From Callorhinchus milii (taxonomy: Eukaryota), in assembly GCF_018977255.1 (NCBI RefSeq), contig NW_024704742.1:13952001-14016000 (forward strand): a DNA stretch of 64,000 nt. The letters are read 5' to 3'. This document shows, in pieces, positions 48,173-61,099 of this stretch. The notes below the pieces were generated by a model. The model ran no database searches, was not told where the DNA came from, and worked only from the letters and a program-made list of their open reading frames with translations. How positions within the stretch are numbered: the first letter of the stretch is position 1; each line of letters begins with the position of its first letter. The translations under genes and the position numbers were made by a program.

Positions 48173-49040
48173 GTCACACCAAAATGCAATGCTCCCCCAG
48201 CACTGCACTGGGTCAGCCTAGATAATATTTACATGGGTCTATCACAGATAACAACCTACATTTTATGAGTCACATTAATAAGTTAGCTGGGAAGATTTCT
48301 TTGTTTAAAAATAATTGCTAACAATTTGAGAGAAAAATGCTCTGCTACCAAGATTTTAATCACTATTTTAGGTTCCATTCTTACTTTTTAATTATTGTGG
48401 TGTTTAATACTCTAGAGCCCATTTATCTTCTATATGTAGATTAGGTATTTAATATAATTGCATTTCTGGGTTTGCATTTTAATATACACTAGAGATTATA
48501 TTGACCATTAATATCTTACTAGAAATAACATATTAATGAAGTATTGTACTGTAGTTGAAGGAGTATACTCAACCATGCAATGCCATACACCTTCAATATG
48601 TAAGGATCAACATTATTCTCCTCTCCCCTGTATTTGGCCACTTTTATTGTGTTCAGCAACAGAAAAACAAAAGAGTATTCCGATGAATGTTGACACGATG
48701 AACTGTACTATTTATAATAATAGATCTCTGGCAGTGAGTTGAAAGCAGTAATTCTATCTTGCGATTATATTGTTTATAAACCAACTGAAGTTTGCTTATG
48801 CTGTTTGTAATAATAAAAATCCTTGCATTTGGTGTAATGCCTTTCATGTCAGGAGGACGTTTCAGAGCGCTTCACAGGATTTACCATAAAGTGTAGTGAC
48901 TGTAACTTTGTATCTTTTTGGCAAATGCGGTGGACATGTCCCACAAACAGCGATGAAATTAATGTCACCAGAAACATTTCATTGAAGTGACACTTTGACC
49001 CCTCTTAGCTGGAGTTTGGGAATTCAGCAATGTTTTATGC

Positions 49041-50163
49041 ATGATTAACTGAAGTGGCATTAGTCATTTAGCCCATTGCAATACTGCGTGAGTGCCACAG
49101 AAGTGTGCTGGAGGGGACTTACATTGTCTATTAACATTCAGTGAAGTATTCCTTCTTTGTGGGTTAGATCTGCTGTCTTCATTTAATGTCTCATCTGTCT
49201 TTCTGATGAGACATTTACACTAAGGTTCTTTCTGTTTTTAGATGAAAATTAAAGATCCATGAAGCTATTCCAAAAAAAAGGGAGTTTCTCTAGGGATCTG
49301 GCAAATAATCCTTTGTCTAGACGAATTGGTTGTTCATCTCATGACTGTTTATGGGACATTGCTGGAGTAAATTGTTGCCATGTTTGCCTACAAAAGTTAT
49401 ACATTTTACATAATTATTGGTGAAGTGTTTTCAGAAGTTTCCACACATTAAGATACTATAAAATGTTATACGAAAATATTCTGTCTTTACTCCCTTGAAG
49501 ATACAATTTTACTATAATTAATTGTTGGTGTTTGGTATCAGAATACACATGCAGGTAACAGCCTGGCTCAGTTGATAACACTATTACCTCTTGGTTAGAA
49601 GGTTTTGGGCTCATGCCCAACATCGGGTCTTTGAGCTTGTGATACAAGCTGACATTCCAGTGCAGGGTTACACTGTTAGAGGTGCTGTTCTTTGGACAAT
49701 AAGTCAAACGAGGTCCTTGTTCAGATAGACGATAAAGATAAAGATCCCTTAGAAACCATAGTACCATAGAAGTTTACAGCACAGAACAAGGCCTTTGGCC
49801 CATCGTGTCTTTTCTGACTCTTTTAAGATGAACCAGTCTCACTATCTACCCATTCCCCATAGCCCACGGCACAATTTGAAAAGAGAAAGGAGTTTATCCT
49901 AGTGTCCTGCTCAATATTCTTCCAGAAAAAAAGTCATTCACTTCATGGGTATTTCTGGGACATTGCTGTGCACAAATTGGCTGCTATGCTTGCCTATAAA
50001 ATATAGTGAATACTGTAAAGCATTTTAAGATGTTTTGATGACATGATAAGTATATATGATTTGCTGAAATGGCATTAGCCATTTAGCCCTTTGCAATACT
50101 ACATGAATGCCACTGAAATCTGCTGGAGGAGACTCATTCTGTCTGTTAACATTCATTGAAGTA
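49041..50163 (+). repeat. 108-bp direct repeat pair (49041-49148 and 50056-50163)
   Basis: atgattaactgaagtggcattagtcatttagccc...attcagtgaagta versus atgatttgctgaaatggcattagccatttagccc...attcattgaagta, roughly 80% identical by eye. Confidence 0.9.
49190..50050 (+). mobile_element. Two Deu-domain SINE copies; the second (49560-50050) is interrupted by a CR1 3' end (~49752-49865, minus)
   Basis: Deu blocks at ~49200-49300 and 49675-49750, head tggctcagttg at 49564, and CR1 terminus acagcacagaacaaggcc...gcccatcgtgtc. Confidence 0.75.
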
Positions 50164-51899
50164 CAGTGAAATTCTGTTACTTGAATACTCAAGTTAACCG
50201 TGAAAATTATTCAATAAACCAAACTATTCACGTAACTGGACTAAACATAAGTGGAGATTTATCTCCCGGAGCTCGAGCCGTGTGACCTCCAACCACAACA
50301 AAACTCTCTCCTCCACCAGTCAACTATGTCCACTTTTATCTAGAAGGACACTGGTCGCTAATAGAAGCATCTCAGCAATTGCTAATAGAAACATCTCAAT
50401 TCAATTCACATACTTAGCAATGCTGTTGTGGACTCCCGCATAGTACCTCGATAGGAGAGGATGCCATTTCCACACATATCGATGTTGTTTCCAATACTCA
50501 AAATTGCATCATGCTCTAAGTTGCAGAAAGAGAATTCACATCAACAACCTAGACTCAGAATGGGATTCATTCTCTCAAACCAATGTCCCCAGAATGCTTG
50601 ACGGAGCTGGTAGAGAATAGATAGCTGTTAGCAGATAATGGATATAGATATTACTCATAGGTGGCTGTATTACATGTAGTTGTGACCTTGTTACAACATA
50701 CCTCTTCTGGTGCTTTATAGTGGTTTGGTTATTTCATGGTTGAAGTGTCAATCCCATTTACTGCACGTGTGTGCAGACAGCCAGCTCGCTTCCTGGGTGT
50801 CAGCCAGCTTTCATGCCAAGATGACCTAATTCTGGTTCATGTGCAGCAGAGAGGAAATTACATTGACAGCCACCAGATGACCTTAAATGACCTAAAGGAT
50901 TTTAGTACAGGAACTGGCTATTGTGTTCCCATTATAGAGAATTTTATGGATTCCAACTACTGGGTTACAGTGGAGCACAACTATTACGTAGCACTATAGA
51001 AATGTACAACACAGTAGGAGATAGTTTGACCCATTGCCTTAGTGTCGGTGTTATCTAATCAAATGAAGCTATCTATCCAAATACCAGTTCCCTCCTCTTT
51101 CCTCATGCCCTCTCAAACCCTTCCTTAACATGTGCTTGTCAAATTCCATTTCAAAAGCATCAAACAAATCTAAAATGCAGAATGCAATTTTAATGAGTCA
51201 CAAAATCACCAACAGGTTTAGTTTTTTAAATATTTGAATGTGAAGCATACGCTTGCTTTGCTCAGACAGATCTGAGATGGCCCCACAGATGGCGAATCTT
51301 TGTTTCAAGTTGATTTGGGGGGTTTGGTTTTGTAAAATCAGTGTCACGAACACACGTTGATCTCCAGAGTTCAAGAGCTTAATTTCCACATTATTAAGAT
51401 GCTTAAAAAGATTATTGGAAAAGTCCATTTATTGGATGCATTAAATTAAGATCTGAAAAAATGATAAATCACATTTTAGTATTTGGCAGTAAGTGCAGGT
51501 AATTGCCCATATGTACTGGAAATGGGCTTAATGATCATAGACAGGACAATTCTGCCCTGGGCATTTAAAGCTATTGCAAGTTTCAATTCATTTTATTTAA
51601 CTAACAAACTATTATGTAACACACATGGGTATTTGATAATAAGTTTCAAGAATAGATTAATATACTTAAACATCTTATAGGAAGTTGTGCCATACATACC
51701 CAAACCCACTGAGATTCTCTTCAAAAGCAATTCCAATAGAATTGATACCTTATAATAATTCAAAATGACATATAGAATCTGTTTTTTAAATTCAGTAAAA
51801 TCTAACAAAACAACTCAAAATTTAAGTTTTTATGCCTTATAACTACAGGTGCAATTGTTTTGAGTCAGCCAGGTGTCTGACAAACAGAAACCCATCACT

Positions 51900-52150
51900 G
51901 CACACGAGTATTCATACCGGCCTGAGAGTATGCCACCTGCACAAGGAAATTTTCCTGCATGTGAAATGCAATGCGCACTGTCTCCTGGAGTGACACTCCA
52001 TACCCGTTCACCTAATTCTGGAAAATATTAGGTGCAGTTTGGTGATAGCCAAGGTTCAGGACCCAAAAGTGTCTGTTTAGCTACTGCTGAGGTTTAATCA
52101 GCTAAAAGTGCAGAACTTGGCATTGTGAACACTGTCTGGCAAGCTTCCCA
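51900..52150 (-). repeat. Family Y copy
   Basis: Reverse complement gives tgggaagcttgccagacagt...ttttagctgattaaac...attaggtgaa...gtgcaggtggcat. Confidence 0.7.
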
Positions 52151-52806
52151 GGTACAATTTATATATCAGTGTGATTGAGTAGCATTTGCCTTCCCAACGT
52201 AAAATTTTGGAATATGACATTTGGGCCACAATGATTTATCAACTTGGTTTAATGGTATATATTTGTATATATCACACTTGGGTGTTTCTGTTTACGTGTG
52301 TTTCTATTTTATTAAGTAAGCTACTTATTTTTTCTCCCTATTTATTTTATTTCCCTTTTAGGGGAATTATTCCCTTTGAGAATACATCTTTGCGAATGCC
52401 ACTCAAGTGAGTTGTTTGGACAAAATGAGGTGGTTCAGGGCAAAATGCTCTCTGTTTACCCCGCCTTCTTGGTAAAGAAGAGCCTGGCTTGGTACTTGCT
52501 TTATTTCCCTCGTTCCTTGGCAGATGGTTTGAATGTAGAGTTAAGATCTTTCTTGCATTATCTGCTGAATTTGCATTTTTCATTCCTTATACATCCAAAG
52601 CCAAAAAATGCTTTAATGTAATTATTTTTAAATGCAGTGACTGATTTTGCAGGCAAACATATTGCATTCAGCAAGGTTTCACAATCACCGATAAGGTGAA
52701 TGATCTGGAGGTTTATTCTCAGTCTTTTCTAATATAGTCATAAATGTTTTCCTGAAGACCTTGGTTTAACAACTCATCTGGAGGCTCCCCCAATATTGCA
52801 CTTGAG

Positions 52807-53131
52807 CATGGATTCCCAAACTTTGTCACAATGAGCCTCCCTAAGATACGAACTATGCACCTTCCCATAGATTACATGGTTATCACAGGGTTTGGTTATC
52901 ACAGAGTTTGGTTGTCAAAGGATTTGGTTGTCACAGGGTTTAGTTGTCAAGGGATTTGGTTGTCGAGGGGTTTGGTTGACACGGAAATTGTTGTTGTCGA
53001 GTTTGGTTGTTGGGGAAGCGGCTTTGCTGGGATGCAGGGCCAGTCCCACGAAACCTGGGACGATGGGAGGTCTGCAATTGGCACCTCCCCTGATGCATTG
53101 CCAGATGCTCCCTATAGTTTGAGAACCTCTG
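52807..53131. mobile_element. hAT (Charlie/MER5-like) MITE inserted in a minus-strand Deu-SINE
   Basis: TIRs catggattcccaaact and agtttgagaacctctg; 8-bp flanks cacttgag and tgctagag; the SINE continues on both sides. Confidence 0.7.
52877..53014. repeat. 16-bp minisatellite, about 8 units (tggttgtcacagggtt)
   Basis: Direct tandem units with period 16, degrading toward the right. Confidence 0.9.
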
Positions 53132-54689
53132 TGCTAGAGTGTCAGCTGAGACAATGAACTCAAGTTTTGGCAAAGAGCATTTAATCCATGACCCTACTCA
53201 GTACTGGTTTCCATTCCTTTACCACAATTTTTTTCAGTGGCATTTATAATCTTATATAATCCTGTGCTGCTTTGCTCCCATACTATGGCATGAAAAGGGG
53301 TTTGTGGAACATTATAAAATACTATCTTCAAAAATATTCGGTGCTTTTATTATTTAAATGAGGCAGCAATCATGTCTTTGTTGAGCCACATTCTCATAGT
53401 GTAATCATAGTAAACATTTATAATGAACACTTTTACTTCTGAGACAAAGATTTTATATTAACCAATAATTGTGCAAAGCTTTCAATTAAAATGGAATATG
53501 AACAAAATCTTGTTTGTGCATGATAATGCAATATGTCTGTCAGCGTATATTTATAGCTTGAATAAAATGCCACACACATATATTCTACTGGTCTTCAAAG
53601 CACAGACTTTTCCTTCAGATTCTTGTTTCCTTCAAGTTAGAATAAATCAAGATCTGAATTTTGAAAGTGAATTCACCATTGCTGGCATTTAATGATCGTA
53701 TGGTCACATTAGTCAGGTAAATTCTGATCCGAGGGTCCTATGAACTTGGTTAATTACTTGGCCTTCTCAAGATTGTCCTCCCATTTACTTAAATACCCAA
53801 GGTTCTGTTCAGGGCCATATGACTATAGAATAAACAGAATATCTTTTCTATAATGCTAATGTTCAAGGCATTACTTCAACCATGCAAAAAACTGTCATAA
53901 CTCACTTGTTCCTGCACTTCTTATGAGTTATGAGACTTTCACACTGGTGAAAGAACTGCTGTAATTCACTATTATTGGTGAGACTTCCACCATGCACTCT
54001 TCCAAACCATATACTCTGCACAAATAGGAAGAACAGATTACACTTCTGGCCAGTGTACCTCCATATACGTGAATAATTAGAGTACATGTACTCTTGCACA
54101 TTCCTAAGGATGATAATAGTATTTCATACCTGTATGAATGATCTTTCATATTGCGTTTGGCTACAAATACAGTGACATTTTACAGTGAAGTGTGAAGCAC
54201 TTTGAGATGTTTCAATATCATGGTAAAGCACTATATGAAAATTAAGGATTATTATTATTACTTATAAAATGGGGATGGTTATTGGGAATCTCTCACTCCA
54301 TTACTCAAGGGTGGACTTTAAGTCTCACTACAAATAAATTTACATATTCTCATTTGTATTTATGAAATTGTTTGGATTAAAATGTTTACATCAAAACAAT
54401 TTTAACTGCTTTACTTTCACTATGAAGGACACTGAATTACAGGCTTTGATTGTTGAGCAGGTTTATCTCACAAGGTAAGGTACTAGGATGGAGCTACTCT
54501 TGGATAACATCCCAATTTTCTTCCAAAAGATTCCATCAGTTTAATTTACCACAAAGGATTAGTGTTCCTTTTCTTTGTCTTCTTTGATTCCCATCACAGC
54601 TATGGATGGTGAAGCTGGGGAGACCGGCTGGGAGGGCATTAGAATAATCAAGCAGGAGTTGATGAATGCATGGATAAGGGAACCACAAT

Positions 54690-54915
54690 AATAATAATTA
54701 TTCTGTGAAATACCTGTTGTGCGCAATTGGCTGTCATGTTTTGCCTACAAAATATACATTCTATTCACTTTACAGTATATTCTGGGAAGCGCTTTGAGAT
54801 GTCTCGAAGACATAATAAAGCGATATATCAAATGCAAGGTTATTATTTTTATATAATAATCTTTGTATTTGACATAATACCTTATCGCATCATCAAGACA
54901 TCTGAAAGCACTTAG
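54690..54915. mobile_element. SINE 3' half (+) and SINE tail (-), tail-to-tail
   Basis: gcgcaattggctg...aaatgcaaggttatt, followed by ataataatctttgtatttgacat...gacatctgaaagcac. Confidence 0.75.
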
Positions 54916-56719
54916 CTTATTTTGGATCATCAGATTTACCTAACACGGAGCATTAGCAAGAATGCATTTACATAAGGCCTTTCATGTGGGGTTGTGTTGT
55001 GGAGTAGCTCAAGGGTAACATCATAGATAGTGAATGAAGAGGACAGGCCTACAGAAATATGTCAAAAAGAAATGAAATGGACAGAGTGCCCAAGGAACTT
55101 CCCTCGTTAATATTGCAATAACATAATTCCGGATCTTTTTCTGGTTGTTTATCATTTGAAAGTGTCTTGTATGGGCGAGACATTTCAAACTGGTATATAC
55201 TTTCACAAATGCTTAGCAAAAGTTAGGGAGTTGTTGCTTGGGTAGATCTGCATGTCCTGTGTAGTCATGCTGGCTTAAGGTCACATTGCTACTGTTTGCT
55301 ACTCTTTAGAACAAATGAAAAACACAGTGAAATAAAAACTGAAATGTAATTGTGTTTAGAGAAATGTTCACAGAGTGCTTGAATTCGTTGTGTTTAAATG
55401 CGTTAAAAGTCCTTGCTAAATGGATTCATAAATATAATGAATTTGGCTGTAATGCTGTGCTATTATTCTGTTAAATATCCAGGGATGTAAAGTGTGAAAA
55501 TGGTTTACGCTGGCAAAACACATCTCTTATTTATTTTGTGCACTGATGGAGCTCATCATTAAATCAGGGTTTGAGCTTAGACATCAATCATTGTGAGAGC
55601 CCGTGTCCAATATGCTGATCAAACACTTCTGCAAAAGAGTATTTAACATGCACCAAACATTCTGAAGACTTTAAACAGCTGCAATTTGTAGTATGCATTT
55701 TCCTCATTAAAACATCCATGTTTGAAACATCTTGGCTCTTTCACATCTCATTGAAGCTGAAATCTACATTGGGGGCCATTGTTTCATCATACAAACTTTT
55801 GCTCCTGGCAAAGTTAATCAAATGAAAGATGCAAATCATCTGCGAAAATAGCAATATATCAGCTTAGGGGTGAATGCAATTATGTGCTATTAGTTTTTTT
55901 TTGATATTTGGAACACTCAGCATCAGATTTTCCTAAGGATATATTTAGTGGCAATTTTGTTTTTTTTAAAAGTATTCCAACTTCCAATTCACTTGTAAAG
56001 GTTCAAGAAGAAATATTCTTAAGATAAGGAAATCAAGAAAGTGTTCTAAGCTTTTAATGGCGAACAGAATTCTACTCCCTTTTGTTTCTTGACAAACATA
56101 TGTCTGCCTGTGGGAACACGCTTATGCTGCAGATGTGACTCAAAACACTAGCATGAATATAGACAGCCACCATGGATCAGGTTTGACAAAATTAATCCCA
56201 AAGCTGAAGTGAACGTCCTCATGAGCACTGATGAATTTCATGACTTGCATTTGTTTTGGAAACCAGAAACTTGGCCAAGGAAAAAATAAAGAACTTAGGT
56301 ACTTGGCTGAATTATTTGGGGGGAATTACCTATAATAAATAATAATAATTCTTGCATTTGACATAGAGCCTTATCAGATCTTTGTGACATCTCAAAGCAC
56401 TTACTGTAGTGTAGTGATTGTATTTATAGGTGAATGTGGCATAGAAATGACCCACAATCAGCCAATGAAGTGAGTGACTAATTTCTTTTTTACCTATTCT
56501 TATTAATTTTATTTGTCAGGACTTTTATTTGTAACTCTTGTTCTTGGAGAATTCAGAAGCCTTTTTGCAGTAGGCTGAGTTAAGGTTTAAAACTGTAACA
56601 TATTTGATGATTAATCTTTATTAAATTGATGATGGATTCAGGATACCTTGCGATTGTTGTGTTTGAAACAATAATGTTGTAAATGAGGTGTCCACCTGGT
56701 TCAGATGGTATGGGTGAGG

Positions 56720-56910
56720 CATTTCACAGACCAAGGTTTCCTTTTCAATATTTATATGCTCCCACTTGGTGACATCATCTTCAGACACAGGGTTACCTCC
56801 ATCCCTCCTGTTCCCAACTCCCTGCTTGGGTGCAAATCATTGACTGTCCAGTGCCTTGGGACATCTTCCCGACGTGAAAGGCACTATACAAATGTAATTT
56901 CTTGCTGTTA
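56720..56910 (+). mobile_element. L2 fragment (RT piece joined directly to the tail)
   Basis: [15 protein letters not shown], then the tail gtgccttgggacatcttcccgacgtgaaaggcac. Confidence 0.8.
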
Positions 56911-56960
56911 ATAGCACTCTCTCGTCAGAATTAAACATTGTGGGGTCAAGCCCCACATTG

Positions 56961-57279
56961 TGGAGTCCTGTAGCGTATTGGTTGCAGCACTTGCCTCTCA
57001 AGCGAGAAGAACTCACTCCTTACTCCCCACACATGTTTACCTAGGACTAAATAGGAGCTCGGTTATTAGTTGATTGGCTTTTCTGGGGGTAATAATCCCT
57101 TAAAAAAAATGTTGTCACTCAATCCATGACTGTTTGTGGAACACTGCTGTGTGCAATAAGCTGCTGCATTTCTCCCATAACATATGCAGTCAATTCACTT
57201 TATAGTATATTCTGTGAAGCAATTTGAGACGTCTAGAAGACGTGACATATCAAATGCAAGGATTTTGTTTTTATTATTT
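56961..57279 (+). mobile_element. tRNA-SINE (long form, diverged)
   Basis: tggagtcctgtagc head, tgtttacctagg central block, and tail atcaaatgcaaggatttt. Confidence 0.85.
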
Positions 57280-58115
57280 CACTTGAGAGAGCACCTATTG
57301 GGGTCAAAGATGCAAGTGATGGAACTAACTAACCTCTCTGTTGAAGTCTGGGAGTCAGACAGCATTGGAGCTAACCTCCCTGGTAAACTCTATGACAGAA
57401 AGAGTGGCCAGAAAGACCAGATTATTCTGTTTAGCCTCAATATAAAGTCAGGAACTAGAGAACAGAGGCACCAAAGTCGCTTGAATTCTATGCTTAACTC
57501 ATTTAATTACTTAGGCAAAAAGCTTTGCATTGATTCAATAAAGACAGATATAGTAGGCAGTGCTACTATAATAATACTATCACTAATAATAATAAGCAAT
57601 ATTATTCTATTACCCTCACATATGTCACTTTGGTGACAGTATTAAAGTTCATAGTCAGCAGACAAAATTCTCTTGGGTTGAGAATGCTGATGATAGCAGG
57701 TGTTGAATATCTTTCAACTGTGTTCTTGTATCATCAACATCTTTCTTCTTCTGATGCTAAACCACTGAAGTGTAGCACAGCTATACTTCTTTATCTCATG
57801 GTTATCTACTTCAGCACTTGGTATTTAAGTTACAATATCAACCTGCATTTATATAGTGCCCTTCACATAGGATAACATCTCTAAACACTTGAAGGAAAAC
57901 CGTGAAGTATTCTAAATGTTTCTTCCATTCATGAAATGGAGTGAAAGCTCAACAATAATAAAGTGCACTTCTAAATGTTTTAACACATTTTCTAGCTAGG
58001 GTAGCACAGTGCTAAAGCACATGTTATGAATGATATTTTCTTCTCCTTTCCCAGTGGTACAAAATTATAATATTTTAATATTTAAAAAAACCTCACATTG
58101 GGAAGACATAATGAT

Positions 58116-58491
58116 AAAATAATAATAATAATCCCTGCATTTGATATAGCGCCTTATCATGTATTTTTAGACATCTCAAAACGCTTCACAGAATATACTG
58201 TAAAGTGAATTGACTGTACATTTTGTGGGTGAAACGCGGGAGCCAATTGCGCACAGCAGTGCCCCACAAACAGTTGTGGATTGAGTGACCAATTTATTAT
58301 TTTATTTTTTTGAAGGGATTATTACCCCCAGAAAAGTGATCTGCCAATCGACTAACAACCAGGTCCTTACTTACTACTAGGTAAACAGAGGTGTGTGGAA
58401 GAAAATTTGCCCAACGTTTCATCCTGCCGGGAATTGTACACAGGCTTCTTGCTTGCGAGGCGAGTGCTCTCACCACTGAGCTACAGGACTC
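58116..58491 (-). mobile_element. Young tRNA-SINE, full length (long form)
   Basis: Reverse complement of the head (gagtcctgtagctcagtggtgagagcactcgcc), central block and (TTA)n tail. Confidence 0.9.
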
Positions 58492-59359
58492 ATCTGAAAT
58501 GCTTCACATGATATAGAGTAGTGACTGTGCATTTTGTTGGTGAAAATGGCAGGCAATTTATGCACAGCAATATCCCACAAACAGCCACAAAGCAAATACA
58601 GTGCACGCCATATAATTGGATAGAGTTGGAACCAGACAGACACTATGCAATTATACAGAGTATGCAATTACCCAGAATTCATTAGTGGCGTCACCTTAAA
58701 GTTGCTCTCCACAGCACGTCTCCTCATAATATGTTATGCTAGCAAACAGTGCTTTCTGACATTAATGTAAAGTCGATGCTGTCTCACTTTATGATTGCAA
58801 CCATTCCTTCTGGAATGCTGTACGTCCAACCAGAGTTAGCAACCCTACTCACATAGTCAACACCTCAAACAATGCAATTATCTGAATTGATTATCCAGGT
58901 ATACATGAAATTGACTGGCTAATTTCATGCAATTTAGCAAATAATGCAATTACAATATCTGATATGCATTTGAGCGGAGTGTAATACCATGAAAACAAAT
59001 AGTGCTTTTTTGTATCTAGAAATTGCTATTCAACTAAATGGAGTATGCAATTATCCTATATTCAATTAAGTAGAGTTCAGTGTAATCATTTTTATTTTGG
59101 GCGATTGTTAGTCAGGACATAGGGAGAAACTGCCTTCTTTATTCCGGTAGCTATATTGTTAGACAGTGTATTTTAAATATATAATGCTATATTCACTTCT
59201 TCTAGCTCACTTCAAGCTCAGTTATTATTCATTGTGATGAACACATACAAATTAATTCTCTTCCCACAGACTACGACAGGATATATCTTATATAATCAGT
59301 CATTTAATTGCTTACCTACTTTCCTCCTGTTGGAATTAAATCAGTCATATGCAGTCTTG

Positions 59360-59680
59360 GCAGTCTGGTTCCTGAGCCAGGCAGCACCGCAGTACTTTAC
59401 AGCACTACTGATGACAGACCAGCCAGCCTGGCTCATCTACAGGACTTGAGGGGCAGAACTGTCACTGGGATCAGGGATTCTTCCTATTCAACTTCTGTTA
59501 ACACTGCAAGCCAAATCCCTAATAGATAGGATGGTACTAGTTGGAAACGTAATTTGTCAGAAAGTGCTCTCAAAGGCAAGCTATACAGTTAAACCCCAGC
59601 AGTGCCCCAACGCACAATCTGGGGTCCTTAAACCATGGCTCATGACAACATGTGCCTAATACTCTTTAGAGCGAGGTAAA
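59360..59680 (+). repeat. Family Y copy (possible continuation at 60327-60392)
   Basis: acagaccagccagcctggctcatc...ctgttaacactgcaagccaaa...taggatggtactagttgga matches 28475-28700. Confidence 0.75.
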
Positions 59681-59692
59681 CAGTGTATTCTT

Positions 59693-60045
59693 ATAATAAT
59701 AATCCTTGCATTTGATTTATCATTATCGATTCGATAACAGCTTTTAAGAGAGAACTGGATAGGTATCTGGGGAAGACGGGTTTGCAGGGTTATGGGGAGA
59801 AAGCTGGTGATTGGGGTTAGTGAAAGTGATTTGCTTTGTCAAAGAGCCGAATGGCCTCCTTCTGTGCCGTAACATTCTATGAATCTATGAAAAGTCTTTG
59901 AGACATCTCAAAGTGCTTCACAGAATATATTGTAAAGTGACTAAATATTTTGTAGGTGAAACTCGGCAGCCAATTGCACACGTGTCCCACAAATAGTCGT
60001 AGTTGAATGACCACATTTTTTATTTTTTGAAGGGATTTTTCCACT
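59693..60045 (-). mobile_element. SINE 3' half interrupted by a plus-strand CR1 3' end (~59728-59889)
   Basis: SINE tail ataataatccttgcatttgat, then CR1 gattcgataacagcttttaagagagaa...ccttctgtgccgtaacattctatga, then the SINE resumes. Confidence 0.85.
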
Positions 60046-60216
60046 ATGCTACCAATGATACTATCTACCATATGGATTTATGTTTGCAATTATGTTACCG
60101 TGTCAATAGTGGGGAATACATACAGTATTTTGATATACCCAAAATGGTGTATTTTTTCGCATTGTGATTCACTATAATTATCCCCTTCCTCTGGTGTTTA
60201 AGAGAAAGGAAGAGAC

Positions 60217-60320
60217 AGATTGATGGACAGCTGGAGCCGCTTGTGAATGGGTGTGGAGTCCTCCAGGCTGTCAATCACCCCAGAGCCATCGCTAATTGGT
60301 CCCCTTTCCGCCCAATCATC
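60217..60320. promoter_or_regulatory. Candidate enhancer motif cluster (PBX-HOX-like, E-box, PBX-MEIS decamer, CCAAT)
   Basis: agattgatgg at 60217, cagctg at 60228, ctgtcaatca (TGATTGACAG on the minus strand) at 60268-60277, taattgg at ~60293, ccaatca at ~60312. Confidence 0.35.
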
Positions 60321-61099
60321 CGTCCTTCCAGAGAGAGAGTACATATTCCATTCAAAACATAGGGAAATGCCCATGTGTAGGTGGCATGCACATGTGGAAC
60401 ACTCGGACTGATAAAAAAATACAGACTTCAACAACTTGGCCAAAATGACCTTTATACAAAGAGTGGCTTCTGAATGAGAGTTTGTTGGTTTCAGAACTGG
60501 GCTGACTGGGCTGCTCCAGGATGGTTGTTAACAGAGGCTAGTTGCTGAATCGATCTGGTTGCTTTAACATGTTTGACTACATATAACAGGTCAAGTTATC
60601 AAAGACTTATTCCTTCTCCTTTTTTTAGTTTCATTCCTACCTCAATTTACCTTAGACTATTTTCAGCAGCAAAGTGAAGCCTTGGATTAGCACTTGAGGT
60701 TTTTTAATCCTTCCATGCCACACAAACTCGCCAAGGCTAGGGCAGACAGTATTACACTTGCAAAACTAACAAAGCATGTAAAGTGACACCAGTTTTTGTT
60801 ACTATTTTCTACTTAATAAAAAAAATTGATTTTGTTCCAAAAACTATACTCAGCTTCGTGAAGTTATTGCTTGATACAGTGTCGGCTCTAGATATTTTTA
60901 ATATAACTGCAATGCTATGAAGACTAAATATTCCTGACAGAAGCTAACAATAGCTCTTGATTTTACCAGTATTTTTCTCCTTGCCTCTTTTGAGGACATT
61001 TGACTTTTCTTTTTACTGGAATGCAGTTCCACAGGCACATATTGCTCATGTCAACAGTTTTCACATGTGAGGCTTGACAGTCAGTGTCAGCTGCTCATT

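Noticed and set aside
50868..51296. CTCF-like words gccaccagatgacc and ccccacagatggcg
   Set aside because: Partial matches expected by chance at this window length.
52877..53014. Regular repeats suggestive of a CRISPR array
   Set aside because: Contiguous 16-bp units without unique spacers, in a vertebrate context with no cas genes.
53928..54149. YGLEEC match to the ADAM10 cysteine-rich region
   Set aside because: Six-residue match only; cysteine spacing differs and this frame stops before the donor.
57184..57636. 150-aa ORF containing C2-domain-like LSVEVWESD
   Set aside because: It begins inside a SINE, the similarity covers only a few residues and the acceptor is weak.
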